From a virus (lineage: Duplodnaviria > Caudoviricetes), in the IMG/VR virus record IMGVR_UViG_3300023184_006354, positions 1 to 58,853 of that record: 58,853 nucleotides of DNA. The stretch is one strand, 5' to 3'. Shown here one piece after another: positions 20,171-30,634 of this stretch; the stretch's first letter is position 1; each line of letters starts with the position of its first letter. Both the position numbers and the translations under genes were made by a program. A model generated the notes under the pieces. The model ran no database searches, was not told where the DNA came from, and worked only from the letters and a program-made list of their open reading frames with translations.

Positions 20171-21323
20171 TATCCCATTCTACCATCTTTTTTACTAAAT
20201 TGTCAAATGAAATTTTGGGTTTCCAGTTTAATTCTTCTCTTGCTCTAGTAGAGTCTCCAAGAAGCAGTTCGACTTCTGCTGGTCTGTAAAATTTTGGATT
20301 AATTTTAACTAAAGTTTCATATTCTCCATTTTCTTTTTTTCTGCAAAAGATTTCGTCTTCTGCTCTCGCATCTGGATCTACATAAATCCAAGATCCAGTA
20401 ATACCAGCATATTTAAATGCTTTTTCTACAAATTCTCTAATAGTGTGAGTTTCATTTGATGAAAATATATATTCATGTGGAATTCCATTATAACCTTTAT
20501 TGTAAACATCTTGATTCAACATCATCCAAACTCCTTCTATAAAATCTTCTGCATCACTCCAATCTCTCTTGGCTTCTATGTTACCTAATTCTAATGGAGC
20601 AAATTTTTGATTACTTTTTATTGCATGAATTATTCTGGCTATATTTTTAGTAATTTTTCTGGTAACAAATTCCTCACCTCTTCTTGTGCCCTCATGATTA
20701 AATAACCATCCTTGAATTGCGTATAAATTATAAGAATCTCTATATACTTTAACCAATTGCCTAGAAGCAGCTTTACTTGCTCCATATGGGCTTCTTGGTC
20801 TTAGTGGGTGTTTTTCATCTTGTGGTGCATATAAGATATTGCCGAATTCTTCGCTTGATCCAGCTTGATAAAGTCTGCAAGAAGGTTTGTAAAGTCTAAT
20901 AGCCTCTAAAATATCCAAAACTGCCGTTGAATTTGTAGCCCAAGTTTGTCTTGAAAAATCCCAGCTACTTGCAACAAAACTTTGCGCAGCAAAATTAATA
21001 AAATAATCTGGTTGAAGTTTTTCCATAGTTCTAGATATTGCGTGTGAATCAGTTAAGTCAAAATTAATTAAATGAAATCTATTAGAATGAATATGTTTTA
21101 AATTTTCATGATTATAGACACTGAGCCTTCTGACTCCGCCAAAAATTAAGAAGTCCGTATTTTTTAATAAAAAATCAACCATATGACTTCCATCTTGTCC
21201 AGTTACTCCAGTTATTACTACGACTTTTTTATCCTTAATTAATTTACTAGCATCTTCAATATTTAAAATATTGGCAGTATCTATCTTTTTGCCATAATAC
21301 GCTTCTTGAATATTGTTGCTCAT
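20151..21323 (-). CDS. gmd: GDP-mannose 4,6-dehydratase
   Basis: ITGVTGQDGS, AAQSFV, YQAGSSEEFG, PRSPYGASK, LFNHE..RRGEEFVTRKI, KRDW, YRPAEVELLLGD. Confidence 0.95.
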   Translation of the reverse strand: MSNNIQEAYYGKKIDTANILNIEDASKLIKDKKVVVITGVTGQDGSHMVDFLLKNTDFLIFGGVRRLSVYNHENLKHIHSNRFHLINFDLTDSHAISRTMEKLQPDYFINFAAQSFVASSWDFSRQTWATNSTAVLDILEAIRLYKPSCRLYQAGSSEEFGNILYAPQDEKHPLRPRSPYGASKAASRQLVKVYRDSYNLYAIQGWLFNHEGTRRGEEFVTRKITKNIARIIHAIKSNQKFAPLELGNIEAKRDWSDAEDFIEGVWMMLNQDVYNKGYNGIPHEYIFSSNETHTIREFVEKAFKYAGITGSWIYVDPDARAEDEIFCRKKENGEYETLVKINPKFYRPAEVELLLGDSTRAREELNWKPKISFDNLVKKMVEWDIENYKP

Positions 21324-21329
21324 TAGTGA

Positions 21330-22106
21330 TTATATGACATTATCTTTTATTTTTCTAAAAGTATTTTCTATTCCCTTATTTAATCCTATAGTTTCTATTG
21401 GCAAATTACTTATTCCGCAATAGTTTTGAAGTAGAACGTCTTTTTCTAAAGTAATTGGAACTTCATATTTATCAAGAGTATTAATGAAATTGGCTATTTC
21501 TAAAAGGCTTTTTTTGTTTTTATAAGAACAATCTATCTCTTTTGGAGGATTTTCATTAGATATATAATAATGTATTAAAGCCTCAAGGTCTTTCATATAA
21601 AAAAAATCCATTAATTTATTCGCATGAATTAATATTGATTGTTTATTTATATATCTTAAGAGGTTTGATTTTATGAATCTTGTATTTGATTCATTTTCGT
21701 CAAAGACGGCGAAAATTCTTATATTATAAAAATTAGATTCTTTTTGAATTATATTATTTATAATGTTTTTGCTTTTACCATAATATGTTTCTTGCATATA
21801 AATTTCCGCACCAGAACCAAAAGATATGAATTTTTTAAATTTATCTTTGTTGGCTAAAAGATTATTAAACATTTTTAAATTACTATGTAAAATTGATTCA
21901 TCTTCTAATTTTAACCTAGAGCCGCCTTTGATAGCTGTATGAATTAAAATGTCAAATTTTTTATTTTCAAACCATTTATTTGTGGCGTTAATATCTTCTA
22001 AGTCGAAATCGGCTCTAGAAATATTTATTATATTATAAAACTTAGATAAAGAGTTATTGATTGATTTGGCTATATATCCATTTCCACCAGTTATCAATAT
22101 ATTCAT
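21330..22106 (-). CDS. NAD-dependent epimerase/reductase (extended SDR)
   Basis: ILITGGNGYIA, FGSGAE, YGKSK. Confidence 0.85.
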   Translation of the reverse strand: MNILITGGNGYIAKSINNSLSKFYNIINISRADFDLEDINATNKWFENKKFDILIHTAIKGGSRLKLEDESILHSNLKMFNNLLANKDKFKKFISFGSGAEIYMQETYYGKSKNIINNIIQKESNFYNIRIFAVFDENESNTRFIKSNLLRYINKQSILIHANKLMDFFYMKDLEALIHYYISNENPPKEIDCSYKNKKSLLEIANFINTLDKYEVPITLEKDVLLQNYCGISNLPIETIGLNKGIENTFRKIKDNVI

Positions 22107-22861
22107 TTTTTTCTGAAAACAGCCAAGTAATTTATTTTATGTTTGTCTAAGACCATTTCTATTAATTGAAAATTATCATTAATATCTTTAATTTGTTTAT
22201 TATTTAAAAAATGAGTCCAGAATGTACCATAAGATAAAGATTTTAAAAGATCTTCGGCTAAAAGAGAGTTGTCATATTTAAATTTTCCTCTAGATTTTTC
22301 TGGATTTTGTATATCCTCCATAAAAAAATAACCTCCAGACTTCATCATATTGCAAGCTTGCCATAAAGTAACAGCCATATGATTAGGCCAATGACTACCA
22401 TCTTCTATCAAATAGTCAAAATCATTTGGAGTTTGTTGTTTCAATTCATTCCAATCACAAAAATTTCCTTGATCTGCATATATAAAATTTATTCCTAGGT
22501 TATTTAAATTTTTAACATCTTCAGCTTTATCCTGAAGATAATGTCCCCAAAAATTATCAACGCAATATAAATCTATATTTTTAAAATAAGATAACCATAA
22601 TTTGGTTGAAGCATATGGAAATCTTTGATCGCATATACCAATCTCAAATAATTTGATAGTATTTTCCCTGTTTTTCTTCATGTATCTCTCATAAGTTTCT
22701 GTATACCCCATAGTCTCATGCCCTGGCCAATCTTTCCCCCAAGATAAAGTCATTTTATCCGCTGTACCTTTATCTGTTTCAAATTTATTTGCTAGAGTTG
22801 ATAATGATTCGTCAGGTGAATAAAAAACATTTTCTTCTGTATTCTTTTTAAAAAAAGTCAT
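22103..22861 (-). CDS. Class I SAM methyltransferase-like protein (sugar O-methyltransferase type)
   Basis: TDK..H..Y..YE, LFEIGI, ADQ, FDYLIEDGSH, GGYFFMED. Confidence 0.7.
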   Translation of the reverse strand: MTFFKKNTEENVFYSPDESLSTLANKFETDKGTADKMTLSWGKDWPGHETMGYTETYERYMKKNRENTIKLFEIGICDQRFPYASTKLWLSYFKNIDLYCVDNFWGHYLQDKAEDVKNLNNLGINFIYADQGNFCDWNELKQQTPNDFDYLIEDGSHWPNHMAVTLWQACNMMKSGGYFFMEDIQNPEKSRGKFKYDNSLLAEDLLKSLSYGTFWTHFLNNKQIKDINDNFQLIEMVLDKHKINYLAVFRKK

Positions 22862-22901
22862 TTGTTTATTATTATATTTTATTAGAATATATATTTCTAA
22901 T

Positions 22902-23912
22902 TTATATAATATGCTCTAATTCTTTTAAGTTAACTGGTATTTTCTGAAATTCAAATGAATTATTCATAAGTATCATATTAATATTTGAATCACTAGTGTT
23001 TTTTTTATCTTTCTTAGTTTTTTGTATTAAGCTGTCCTTATCAAGAGATTGAAGAATATCAGAATTAATTCCAGCTTGTTTAATAATATTGATTAATATT
23101 TGATAAATATCTTTCATTGTATCCTCGCTTAAAAGTCCAATTTTATTTGAAATTTTATTTGCTAAAATAATACCAAAGACAACTGCTAATCCATGAGGTA
23201 TTTTGTAGTTTGTTTCGCTTTCTATTGCATGACCAAAAGTATGACCAAAATTTAAAATTTGTCTTTTATTTAAATCTAACTCATCTTGTTCTATAAATTG
23301 TTGCTTAATATATAGGCATCTTTTTATAGAATCTTGAAGTTCTATAAGATTTTTATTTATTAATTTATCAATAGTTAAATTTAATTGTTCGAAAGACAAC
23401 GGCCCGCCTATTAAATGTAATTTCACTATTTCGCCAAGACCACTAAAATAGTCTTTATTTTCCAATGTTTTTAAAAATTCAGAATTTATTATAATTTTAG
23501 ATGGAGGATAGAATGTCCCAATGATATTTTTATAAGAATCTAAATTTAAAGAAGTTTTGCTTCCAATGCACGAATCAGCCTGAGATAAAAGAGTAGTTGG
23601 TATATAAATCCAATCTATTCCTCGAAATAAAATATTCATTGCAAATCCACAAATGTCTTGAGTAATTCCACCGCCAATTACAATTACTTTAGTATTCTTT
23701 TTTATGTTTTTTTTGAGCAGTTCTTGGCATACATAAATAGATGAATTAATATTTTTTTTACTTTCTATCGCTTCAATCAATATGGGTTGTTTATAAAATT
23801 TATTTGAATATAAATTATATACATTCTTATCTGCAATTATAAAATCATTATCTAAATTTAGATCTGACTCAAAAGAGACAGAGTAGTTCTTATAAAAAGA
23901 GTTTACTAACAT
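22902..23912 (-). CDS. 3-dehydroquinate synthase / sugar-phosphate cyclase family protein
   Basis: IGGGITQD, PTTLLSQADSCIGSK, KNIIGTF, SGLGEIVK, LNFGHTFGHAIE, HGLAV. Confidence 0.9.
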   Translation of the reverse strand: MLVNSFYKNYSVSFESDLNLDNDFIIADKNVYNLYSNKFYKQPILIEAIESKKNINSSIYVCQELLKKNIKKNTKVIVIGGGITQDICGFAMNILFRGIDWIYIPTTLLSQADSCIGSKTSLNLDSYKNIIGTFYPPSKIIINSEFLKTLENKDYFSGLGEIVKLHLIGGPLSFEQLNLTIDKLINKNLIELQDSIKRCLYIKQQFIEQDELDLNKRQILNFGHTFGHAIESETNYKIPHGLAVVFGIILANKISNKIGLLSEDTMKDIYQILINIIKQAGINSDILQSLDKDSLIQKTKKDKKNTSDSNINMILMNNSFEFQKIPVNLKELEHII

Positions 23913-24559
23913 ATAGATAATCCTCCGTCTACGGATATAATCTGACCAGTTATTTTTGTATTTAAACTTAAATTATAAACTGCTTCTGCAATTTCTTCTG
24001 GTTTTAAAAATCTTTTAATTGGAATCATCTTTTTAATTTCTTCTATTTGTTCTAAAGAATTATTTTTATAAGTCAATTCTGTTTCTACATAACCTGGGCA
24101 TATGCTATTGACTTGTATGTTATGCTCTGCTAATTCCAGCGCAGAACTTTTTGTTATTGAATCTAGAGCTGCTTTTGAAGCAGAATATATAATTCTGCCT
24201 TTTTTTGCTGTATAACTTAAAATAGAGCTAATATTAATAATATGACCTTTTTTATTTTTAATCATATTTTTTAAAAGATTTTTGATCAATAAAAGAGGGG
24301 CTACAGTATTTACTTGAAAAGTATTTGTTATATTTAAAATATCCACATCTATTAAATCGGATACGTCATTTATACCAGCGTTATTAATTAAGATGTCAAT
24401 ATCTTCTGTAAATGTTTTGCAATATTCTTGTATAGAATCAAAATCTATTAAATTTAATTCTGTTCTACTCGGAGAATAGACTTTATAATTTTCTTTTTTG
24501 AATTTATTTTTTATTGCCAATCCTATACCTTTAGATCCGCCAGTTAAAAATACATTCAT
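23906..24559 (-). CDS. Classical SDR oxidoreductase (FabG-like)
   Basis: TGGSKGIG, NNAG, YSASK, VNSICPG, TGQIISVDGG. Confidence 0.92.
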   Translation of the reverse strand: MNVFLTGGSKGIGLAIKNKFKKENYKVYSPSRTELNLIDFDSIQEYCKTFTEDIDILINNAGINDVSDLIDVDILNITNTFQVNTVAPLLLIKNLLKNMIKNKKGHIINISSILSYTAKKGRIIYSASKAALDSITKSSALELAEHNIQVNSICPGYVETELTYKNNSLEQIEEIKKMIPIKRFLKPEEIAEAVYNLSLNTKITGQIISVDGGLSIC

Positions 24560-25641
24560 AATCCTCTTTGATATATACTTTTTTTAAGATTTTCATTCTT
24601 AGAATATTCACAATCAATATCATCGATCATCATTGATGCATCTTTTTTACAATCTTTATTTAATACAAATCCATAATCTCCTAGCATTAATTCTCTAACT
24701 GATATCTGTCCTTTTTGTATTGGGATTGCTAAATAAATATCATCTTTCTTAATCGTTTGACCAGCTTTTAGATTTCTTTTAAAGTAAACTCCTCTGATAT
24801 AATTATCTAAAAAATTAGATTCCTCTTGAAGTGGTAAAATTCTTTCCATAGAAGAAGATCCACAAATTATTTTTGCTTTATGCCAAGCTTTAACCCATTC
24901 ATCTATTTCTTGTGGTAATGCGGAATACTTTGAAATTTCTTTGCCATCAGAATTAATATCAATATGTTTTTCAAATATTCTTGCTCCTTTCGCATAAGAT
25001 ACTAACATTGAATCGTGAGACGATCCTTGTTCATGGGTAGATAAACCTATAGTATTTAATGGATACCTATTTATTAAATAATCAATTTGATTTAATTGAA
25101 GATCTTGAATTTTAGTTGGATATGTAGCTATACAATGATTTAGCGCTAATGGAATATTTCTATTGGCAAAAAATTTAACTAAATCATCGGTATCTTTTAG
25201 TGACAATCCTCCTAATGAGACTATTACTGGTTTTCTAAGTTCTGCTATTTTATTTAATAAAACCCAATCGTTATTGTCTGCGCTGGCGACTTTAATAATT
25301 GGCAAGTTCAATTTATCACAAAAATCTACAGATTTTTCATCAAATGGAGTAGACATAGGAATCATGCTATGATGCTTAATGCTATCTACCAATAATTCAT
25401 AATCTTTATCGGACATTTTTGTTTCAATTGTCCTTTTTATGTATCTTATGTCTTTTCTGTCTTTAAAATCTTTATGAATAAAATTATCTACATCTCTAAA
25501 TTGAAGTTTTATGGCGGCTTTTATATTATTAAATTTAACTACTTTAGAAAATTCGCTTATAATTTTTAATCCACGCTCCAAAGATCCTAAGTGGTTATTC
25601 GTCATTTCAAGCACGAATAGGTCTTCAAATATATTATTCAT
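24556..25641 (-). CDS. NeuB-family (sialic/nonulosonic acid synthase-like) PEP-dependent synthase with SAF domain
   Basis: LEMTNNHLG, KLQFR, STPFD, KVAS, HC..YPT, GLSTH, EKH, C-terminal SAF-like region. Confidence 0.88.
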   Translation of the reverse strand: MNNIFEDLFVLEMTNNHLGSLERGLKIISEFSKVVKFNNIKAAIKLQFRDVDNFIHKDFKDRKDIRYIKRTIETKMSDKDYELLVDSIKHHSMIPMSTPFDEKSVDFCDKLNLPIIKVASADNNDWVLLNKIAELRKPVIVSLGGLSLKDTDDLVKFFANRNIPLALNHCIATYPTKIQDLQLNQIDYLINRYPLNTIGLSTHEQGSSHDSMLVSYAKGARIFEKHIDINSDGKEISKYSALPQEIDEWVKAWHKAKIICGSSSMERILPLQEESNFLDNYIRGVYFKRNLKAGQTIKKDDIYLAIPIQKGQISVRELMLGDYGFVLNKDCKKDASMMIDDIDCEYSKNENLKKSIYQRGL

Positions 25642-25667
25642 AATAGATTATAGTTGATAAATTATAA

Positions 25668-27413
25668 TTAATCAAAACTTTCTGAAATAAACATGTCGGT
25701 CAATTCTCCAGGAATTATTCTACCATTATCATCTATGCCCTTTGGCACTACTTTTGGTTCAAAAGCTTCATTATCGTGAGCAAATATTTCACATAATATA
25801 GGCTCATTTAAAGATAATGCTTTTTTAATATTTTCATCTATTTGATTATTGGTTTTTATAGATAAATACTTAATATCAAAAGCATAAGCTATTTTTTCAA
25901 AAGAAGGAATTGATACTCCATTATTTGGGCCAGAAGCATATTCATTTCCGTTAAAGAATAATTTTTGCGTTTGTTTGATTGAGAAATATCCATTATTATT
26001 GATAATAAATAATTTAATAGGAAGATTATAATACTTCAAAGTCTGAAGTTCTTGCAGATTCATCATAATACTTCCATCACCTTCTATACAGATTATTTCT
26101 TTTTTATTATTTGCAAAGCATGCTCCAATAGCTGCTGGCAATCCATATCCCATAGAAGCACATCCAGTATTAGTAAAGAGTCTTTGATTTTCTTTTAATC
26201 TTATAGATTGTTGAGTAACTACATGTGCTGCGCCATCGCTTGTGACAATTGGAATATTAGTTGGTAAAATTTTGCTTAATTTTTCTATGAAAACATATAT
26301 GCTAGTTTTATCTTTTAAATTATAATGCTTATCAAAAACAAAACGATCTTTATTTCTTAAATTTTTACAATACTCTATCCATTCTTTAATTTCTGGTTTT
26401 TGAATTGATTTATTGATTAAAGTTAAGAATTTCTTTATATCTGTATTAACTTTAATATCTATATTGAACTTGTGTTTGTCTATTTCATTTTGATCTATAT
26501 CAACTATAACTTTTTTAGCATTTTTAGCAAATAAATTTAAATTATATCCTGTAGTTTTTAATATAAGTCTAGAGCCTAAGACCAACAATAAATCACATTC
26601 TTGAATGATTTGATTTGATGATCTTTGCCCTAAGATTCCATGTCTGCCAGCGTAATACGGATAACTCTCATTTACTGTATCTATTGCGCTATGGCAACTA
26701 GTCATAATTGGTATTTGAGTTATTGATAAAAATTTATTTAAATCATCTATAGCATTAGCAGATCTAACTCCACTTCCTACTACTATTAAAGGTTTATTAG
26801 CAGATTTAATTAAAGATAAAATATTTTCTATATCAGAAACCTTGATTGTTTCGTTAATTTGATCTGGAATAAAAGATTCTAATTTATCTGGATTAATGTC
26901 TGATCCTTGTATATCTAAAGGTATATCAATCCAAACTGGTCCTTTTCTTCCATTCGTAGCTTCATAATAAGCTCTTTCTAAATGGTATCTTATTGTATTT
27001 TTGTCAGTAATCATTACTGCGTATTTTGTCATTGGTTTTACAGATTCAATAATTGGATATTCTTGATCTCCTATTTGTCTGCATTTAGTATTTTGAATAG
27101 TTTGATTTAAACTAACTTGTCCAGATAAAAATAAACAAGGAATAGAATCTGTCCAACATCCAAATACTCCATTCAAAGCATTAATACCTCCAGGCCCAGT
27201 AGTTACCAATGCAACTCCTATATTTCCATTTATTCTAGAATAACCTTCTGCAGCAATAGCAGAAGCTTGTTCATGATGATTGCATATATATGTTATATTT
27301 TTATTTTTTCCTAATGAATCGATTAAATGTATGCATCCTCCACCTGAGACAGTAAATATATCTTTTACTCCCTTTGAAACTAAAAACTCAATAATGAAAT
27401 CTGAAACTTTCAT
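25668..27413 (-). CDS. ThDP-dependent carboligase (acetolactate-synthase-like, YerE-type context)
   Basis: HHEQASAIAAEGY, TTGPGG.N, GPVWIDIPLD, SMGYGLPAAIG, GDGSIMMNLQEL..NNGY. Start at 27413 (TAATG overlap). Confidence 0.92.
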   Translation of the reverse strand: MKVSDFIIEFLVSKGVKDIFTVSGGGCIHLIDSLGKNKNITYICNHHEQASAIAAEGYSRINGNIGVALVTTGPGGINALNGVFGCWTDSIPCLFLSGQVSLNQTIQNTKCRQIGDQEYPIIESVKPMTKYAVMITDKNTIRYHLERAYYEATNGRKGPVWIDIPLDIQGSDINPDKLESFIPDQINETIKVSDIENILSLIKSANKPLIVVGSGVRSANAIDDLNKFLSITQIPIMTSCHSAIDTVNESYPYYAGRHGILGQRSSNQIIQECDLLLVLGSRLILKTTGYNLNLFAKNAKKVIVDIDQNEIDKHKFNIDIKVNTDIKKFLTLINKSIQKPEIKEWIEYCKNLRNKDRFVFDKHYNLKDKTSIYVFIEKLSKILPTNIPIVTSDGAAHVVTQQSIRLKENQRLFTNTGCASMGYGLPAAIGACFANNKKEIICIEGDGSIMMNLQELQTLKYYNLPIKLFIINNNGYFSIKQTQKLFFNGNEYASGPNNGVSIPSFEKIAYAFDIKYLSIKTNNQIDENIKKALSLNEPILCEIFAHDNEAFEPKVVPKGIDDNGRIIPGELTDMFISESFD

Positions 27414-28369
27414 TACCAAATGAATTTATTTTTATAATAATTAACAATTGGAGAAATCTCTTTATCAAAAATTGCTTCAGATTTCCAGCCTAACATTTTT
27501 AATTTATCATCATTTAGCGCGTATCTTACGTCTTGTCCTGCTCTTGAAAATGAGAAGTCAACATAATCATTAATATTAAAATCGCTAGAATTTAAAAATG
27601 CACTAATTATTTTTCTTGCAGTTTCTAGATTTGACTGTTCAAAACCACCTGATATATTATATATTTGATTTTCTTCTTGTGAATCTATTATTTTTATTAC
27701 AGCTTTGGCTGTATCTTCAGCATGCAACCAATTTCTAATTGGTGTTCCGTGATTATGCAAAGGAATTTTTCTTCCCAAATTTAAATATTTACATGTTTTA
27801 GGGATAAGTTTTTCTACATATTGACCTATTCCATAATTATTTGTTGGTCTTACTATAATATATTTAAGATTATAAGTTCTAGCCCAAGCTAAAACTAACA
27901 TATCTGCCGCAGCTTTTGTTGCGGAATATGGATTGGATGGTTTTAAAATATCCGTTTCTATATGTATGCCACTGCTAATATCTCCATATACTTCGTCTGT
28001 ACTAAAATGTAATAGTATTGGTTTTTTATTTGATTCTTGTCTATAATTTTTTATTAAATTTAAAATATTATGTACGCCATTAACATTTGAATGAATGAAG
28101 TCATCACTATTAGTTATAGAATTTCCAACATGAGTTTCTGCTGCAGTATTAATAATATAATCGCAATCATATAAAAATTTAAGATCATTTATATCACAAT
28201 GTACGAATGAAAAATTTATATATTTATTAAATTCTTCTAGTAAATCTTTATTCGCTGCATATGTGACTTTATCCACACCTTTTACATACCATCCTTTTTT
28301 CAAGCAAAGTCTGGTTATGTATGAACCAATAAATCCAAGACATCCAGTTATATATACAATTTTATTCAT
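27413..28369 (-). CDS. rfbB: dTDP-glucose 4,6-dehydratase-like
   Basis: TGCLGFIGS, DKVTYAA, AAETHV, STDEVYG, PSNPYSATKAA, NNYG..Q..EKLIP, RNWLH, R.GQD.RY. Confidence 0.9.
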   Translation of the reverse strand: MNKIVYITGCLGFIGSYITRLCLKKGWYVKGVDKVTYAANKDLLEEFNKYINFSFVHCDINDLKFLYDCDYIINTAAETHVGNSITNSDDFIHSNVNGVHNILNLIKNYRQESNKKPILLHFSTDEVYGDISSGIHIETDILKPSNPYSATKAAADMLVLAWARTYNLKYIIVRPTNNYGIGQYVEKLIPKTCKYLNLGRKIPLHNHGTPIRNWLHAEDTAKAVIKIIDSQEENQIYNISGGFEQSNLETARKIISAFLNSSDFNINDYVDFSFSRAGQDVRYALNDDKLKMLGWKSEAIFDKEISPIVNYYKNKFIW

Positions 28370-28374
28370 TTATT

Positions 28375-29193
28375 TTAACCATGTAATGCTTCACAATAAG
28401 TCGCGTAAGGTAAATTTAGATTACGATAAATAGCATAATAATTAACATTTGAGTGTGGTAAGCATAATAAAAAATTGCTCATAGACATTAAATGTGCTTC
28501 TATAATAACATCTTCTCCAGCTCTATACTTTGTTTCAGATATTGGATAAAATTGCCCATGGAGTGGAGATGTAGATGAGCTTTTGAGGCTATCATACGTG
28601 ATTACTTTATCTCCAAAAGTTTGTTTTACTTGATTATATCTTTCAAATTCATCTGTAGAAATATAAATTAAATCATATGAGTCTGCATATTTTTTTATTT
28701 GTTCTATAGATTTTTCTATTGAAACTTTATATGGATGATCCGTGCCTCTCATATGTACGCCTAGTACTTTTTTATTTAAAAAATTATTATTATAAAAATT
28801 ATCTATTTTTGATTGAATATTCGAATTTAAAACACAATATTTTGATATAAGATTATTATATTGTAGTCTTCTTGAATATTTTTTTTCATCAGGTAAATTT
28901 CCATAATTAGGATCATGAGGATTATATACGTAATAGAAAATTTCATCTGGATCAAGTTGTTCAACATAATTTGAATAGTGAATATTTTTAATTTTATTTG
29001 GGCTTTTTTCTATAAAGGGTTGTTTAAAAAAATAATCCCAAACATTATCTCCTAATTTTTTTTGATATATGCTTTGAGTCCAATCAATATATATGCTTTC
29101 GTTTTGATTTGCTTTAATCATTTTTAATGTTTCCCACATATAGCTAAACATGCCAGCGTGATGATTTGGGCAAATTACAATATATTCATCCAT
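28375..29193 (-). CDS. NodZ/GT23-like fucosyltransferase
   Basis: AGMFS, NVWDYFF, LGVHMRGTDH, IYISTD, GEDVIIEAHLMS. Confidence 0.75.
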   Translation of the reverse strand: MDEYIVICPNHHAGMFSYMWETLKMIKANQNESIYIDWTQSIYQKKLGDNVWDYFFKQPFIEKSPNKIKNIHYSNYVEQLDPDEIFYYVYNPHDPNYGNLPDEKKYSRRLQYNNLISKYCVLNSNIQSKIDNFYNNNFLNKKVLGVHMRGTDHPYKVSIEKSIEQIKKYADSYDLIYISTDEFERYNQVKQTFGDKVITYDSLKSSSTSPLHGQFYPISETKYRAGEDVIIEAHLMSMSNFLLCLPHSNVNYYAIYRNLNLPYATYCEALHG

Positions 29194-29201
29194 ATTGTAG
29201 A

Positions 29202-29879
29202 TTATAATGTTGTATTCTCTAAAAGTCTACATTTTTCTTGAAATTGATAATATTCTCCATCATGAACGCTAATATCTTCTGGACGACCCCTGCCATGAAA
29301 ACCAAAACAATTATTTAAATTATATTCACATTCTGGAATTTTAGACTCTAAAGAAAACTTCATAGCAACTTCTACTGGAGCATATTTGCAACCATAATTA
29401 GTAAAATAATCATAATATACATTTGTTAGTTCTCCATCTTCGTGCGAGCCTAAATATTTTATATTTCTAGTTAATTGTATAAATTTATTACTTTTTAAAA
29501 CAAATCCGCCATTTCCTACCCTGTTTCTTAATCCATAAATTTTCCAAGGTGCACCAATGTAGTCGTAATTCAAGAAATCATCGTCCCATAAATGTGGATT
29601 GATAACAAAACCATCATCATGAATACCTAGCATGAATTCTGTATTTATTATATTTGGTAATTCTGTATATGTAAATGAATTTGCACTATAATGAGTTTTT
29701 GGCTCAGTATATATGTATTTTATATTTTCTGGTAATTTTTCTGGTTTTGTGTCGCTAACTAATATTAACTCTCCAAAATCTATATCTTTAGAGCTATATA
29801 ATAAAGCTTTTACGCTTTGAATAGGATTTGTACAATTCAGAGAAAGTAATGTTATATTTTTAAGATTTAATTTATTCAT
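29202..29879 (-). CDS. DUF5672-like glycosyltransferase-associated protein
   Basis: HDDGFVINP..W...FLNYDYIGAPW, VGNGGF, ED, A.KFS.E, FGFH. Confidence 0.75.
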   Translation of the reverse strand: MNKLNLKNITLLSLNCTNPIQSVKALLYSSKDIDFGELILVSDTKPEKLPENIKYIYTEPKTHYSANSFTYTELPNIINTEFMLGIHDDGFVINPHLWDDDFLNYDYIGAPWKIYGLRNRVGNGGFVLKSNKFIQLTRNIKYLGSHEDGELTNVYYDYFTNYGCKYAPVEVAMKFSLESKIPECEYNLNNCFGFHGRGRPEDISVHDGEYYQFQEKCRLLENTTL

Positions 29880-30634
29880 GATATAAAATTAATATGTTTA
29901 TCTATTTGATCATACTCTATATGCGGATTAGTCATTAAAACATACCCCGCTACATTACTAGCAGTAATCAATATTTTTTTACATTTAGTCAGTGATAAAG
30001 CGTCCATCATAACATCTGACGTTAATTTTTCTTTATCTATTTGATTGCTATAATGAATCCCAATGCTTCCATTCGATCTGACGATATTTTCATTATAAAA
30101 AAGCCTATTTCCATATCTGTTTTTAAATTTTATAATAGTATTAAAATCATCTGTAGCAAGAAAAATATTTTCATATTTATCTTTATTCAAATTTTCATCT
30201 ATTTTTGAAAAATAATATTCATCAGGTAGAAGTTCTCCGTGTCTTGAGTGATCTGTTCTACGAACATGAACTCCTAAAGAGCTTGGTCTTTCTATAGATT
30301 TATTTTTTATTTCAATAAAAAATTCATTATTATAACAATCATAATGATTCATAACCATATTTAACTTGCGAAATGTTTCTATTGGAGTAACGAAATGAAA
30401 CATAAAAACGCTTAAATCATGAGCTGTATGAATTAAATCAAAATCAGAATATATTTCTTGTTTATAAAAGTATCTATCAAACATATTGTACTTTGTATTT
30501 TGATACAAAGGATTTTCCCATACAACATTAAATTCTTTAATATTTTTTTCGTACATGCTATAAAGACTCCCAGCAATCAAATTAAAATTTGAAAAAAATC
30601 CTTCTCTTCTGTTTTCTACTATCAAGTGCCTCAT
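29876..30634 (-). CDS. NodZ/GT23-like fucosyltransferase (second paralogue)
   Basis: EGFFSNF, LGVHVRRTDH, IFLATDD, D...L.KC......SNV. Confidence 0.75.
   Translation of the reverse strand: MRHLIVENRREGFFSNFNLIAGSLYSMYEKNIKEFNVVWENPLYQNTKYNMFDRYFYKQEIYSDFDLIHTAHDLSVFMFHFVTPIETFRKLNMVMNHYDCYNNEFFIEIKNKSIERPSSLGVHVRRTDHSRHGELLPDEYYFSKIDENLNKDKYENIFLATDDFNTIIKFKNRYGNRLFYNENIVRSNGSIGIHYSNQIDKEKLTSDVMMDALSLTKCKKILITASNVAGYVLMTNPHIEYDQIDKHINFIS

Noticed and set aside
22902-27413. Auxiliary genes for shikimate or branched-chain amino acid synthesis (aroB, ilvB)
   Set aside because: They are embedded in a nucleotide-sugar cluster with no other aro or ilv genes or regulatory subunit; a sugar-tailoring role is more parsimonious, so no gene symbols were given.
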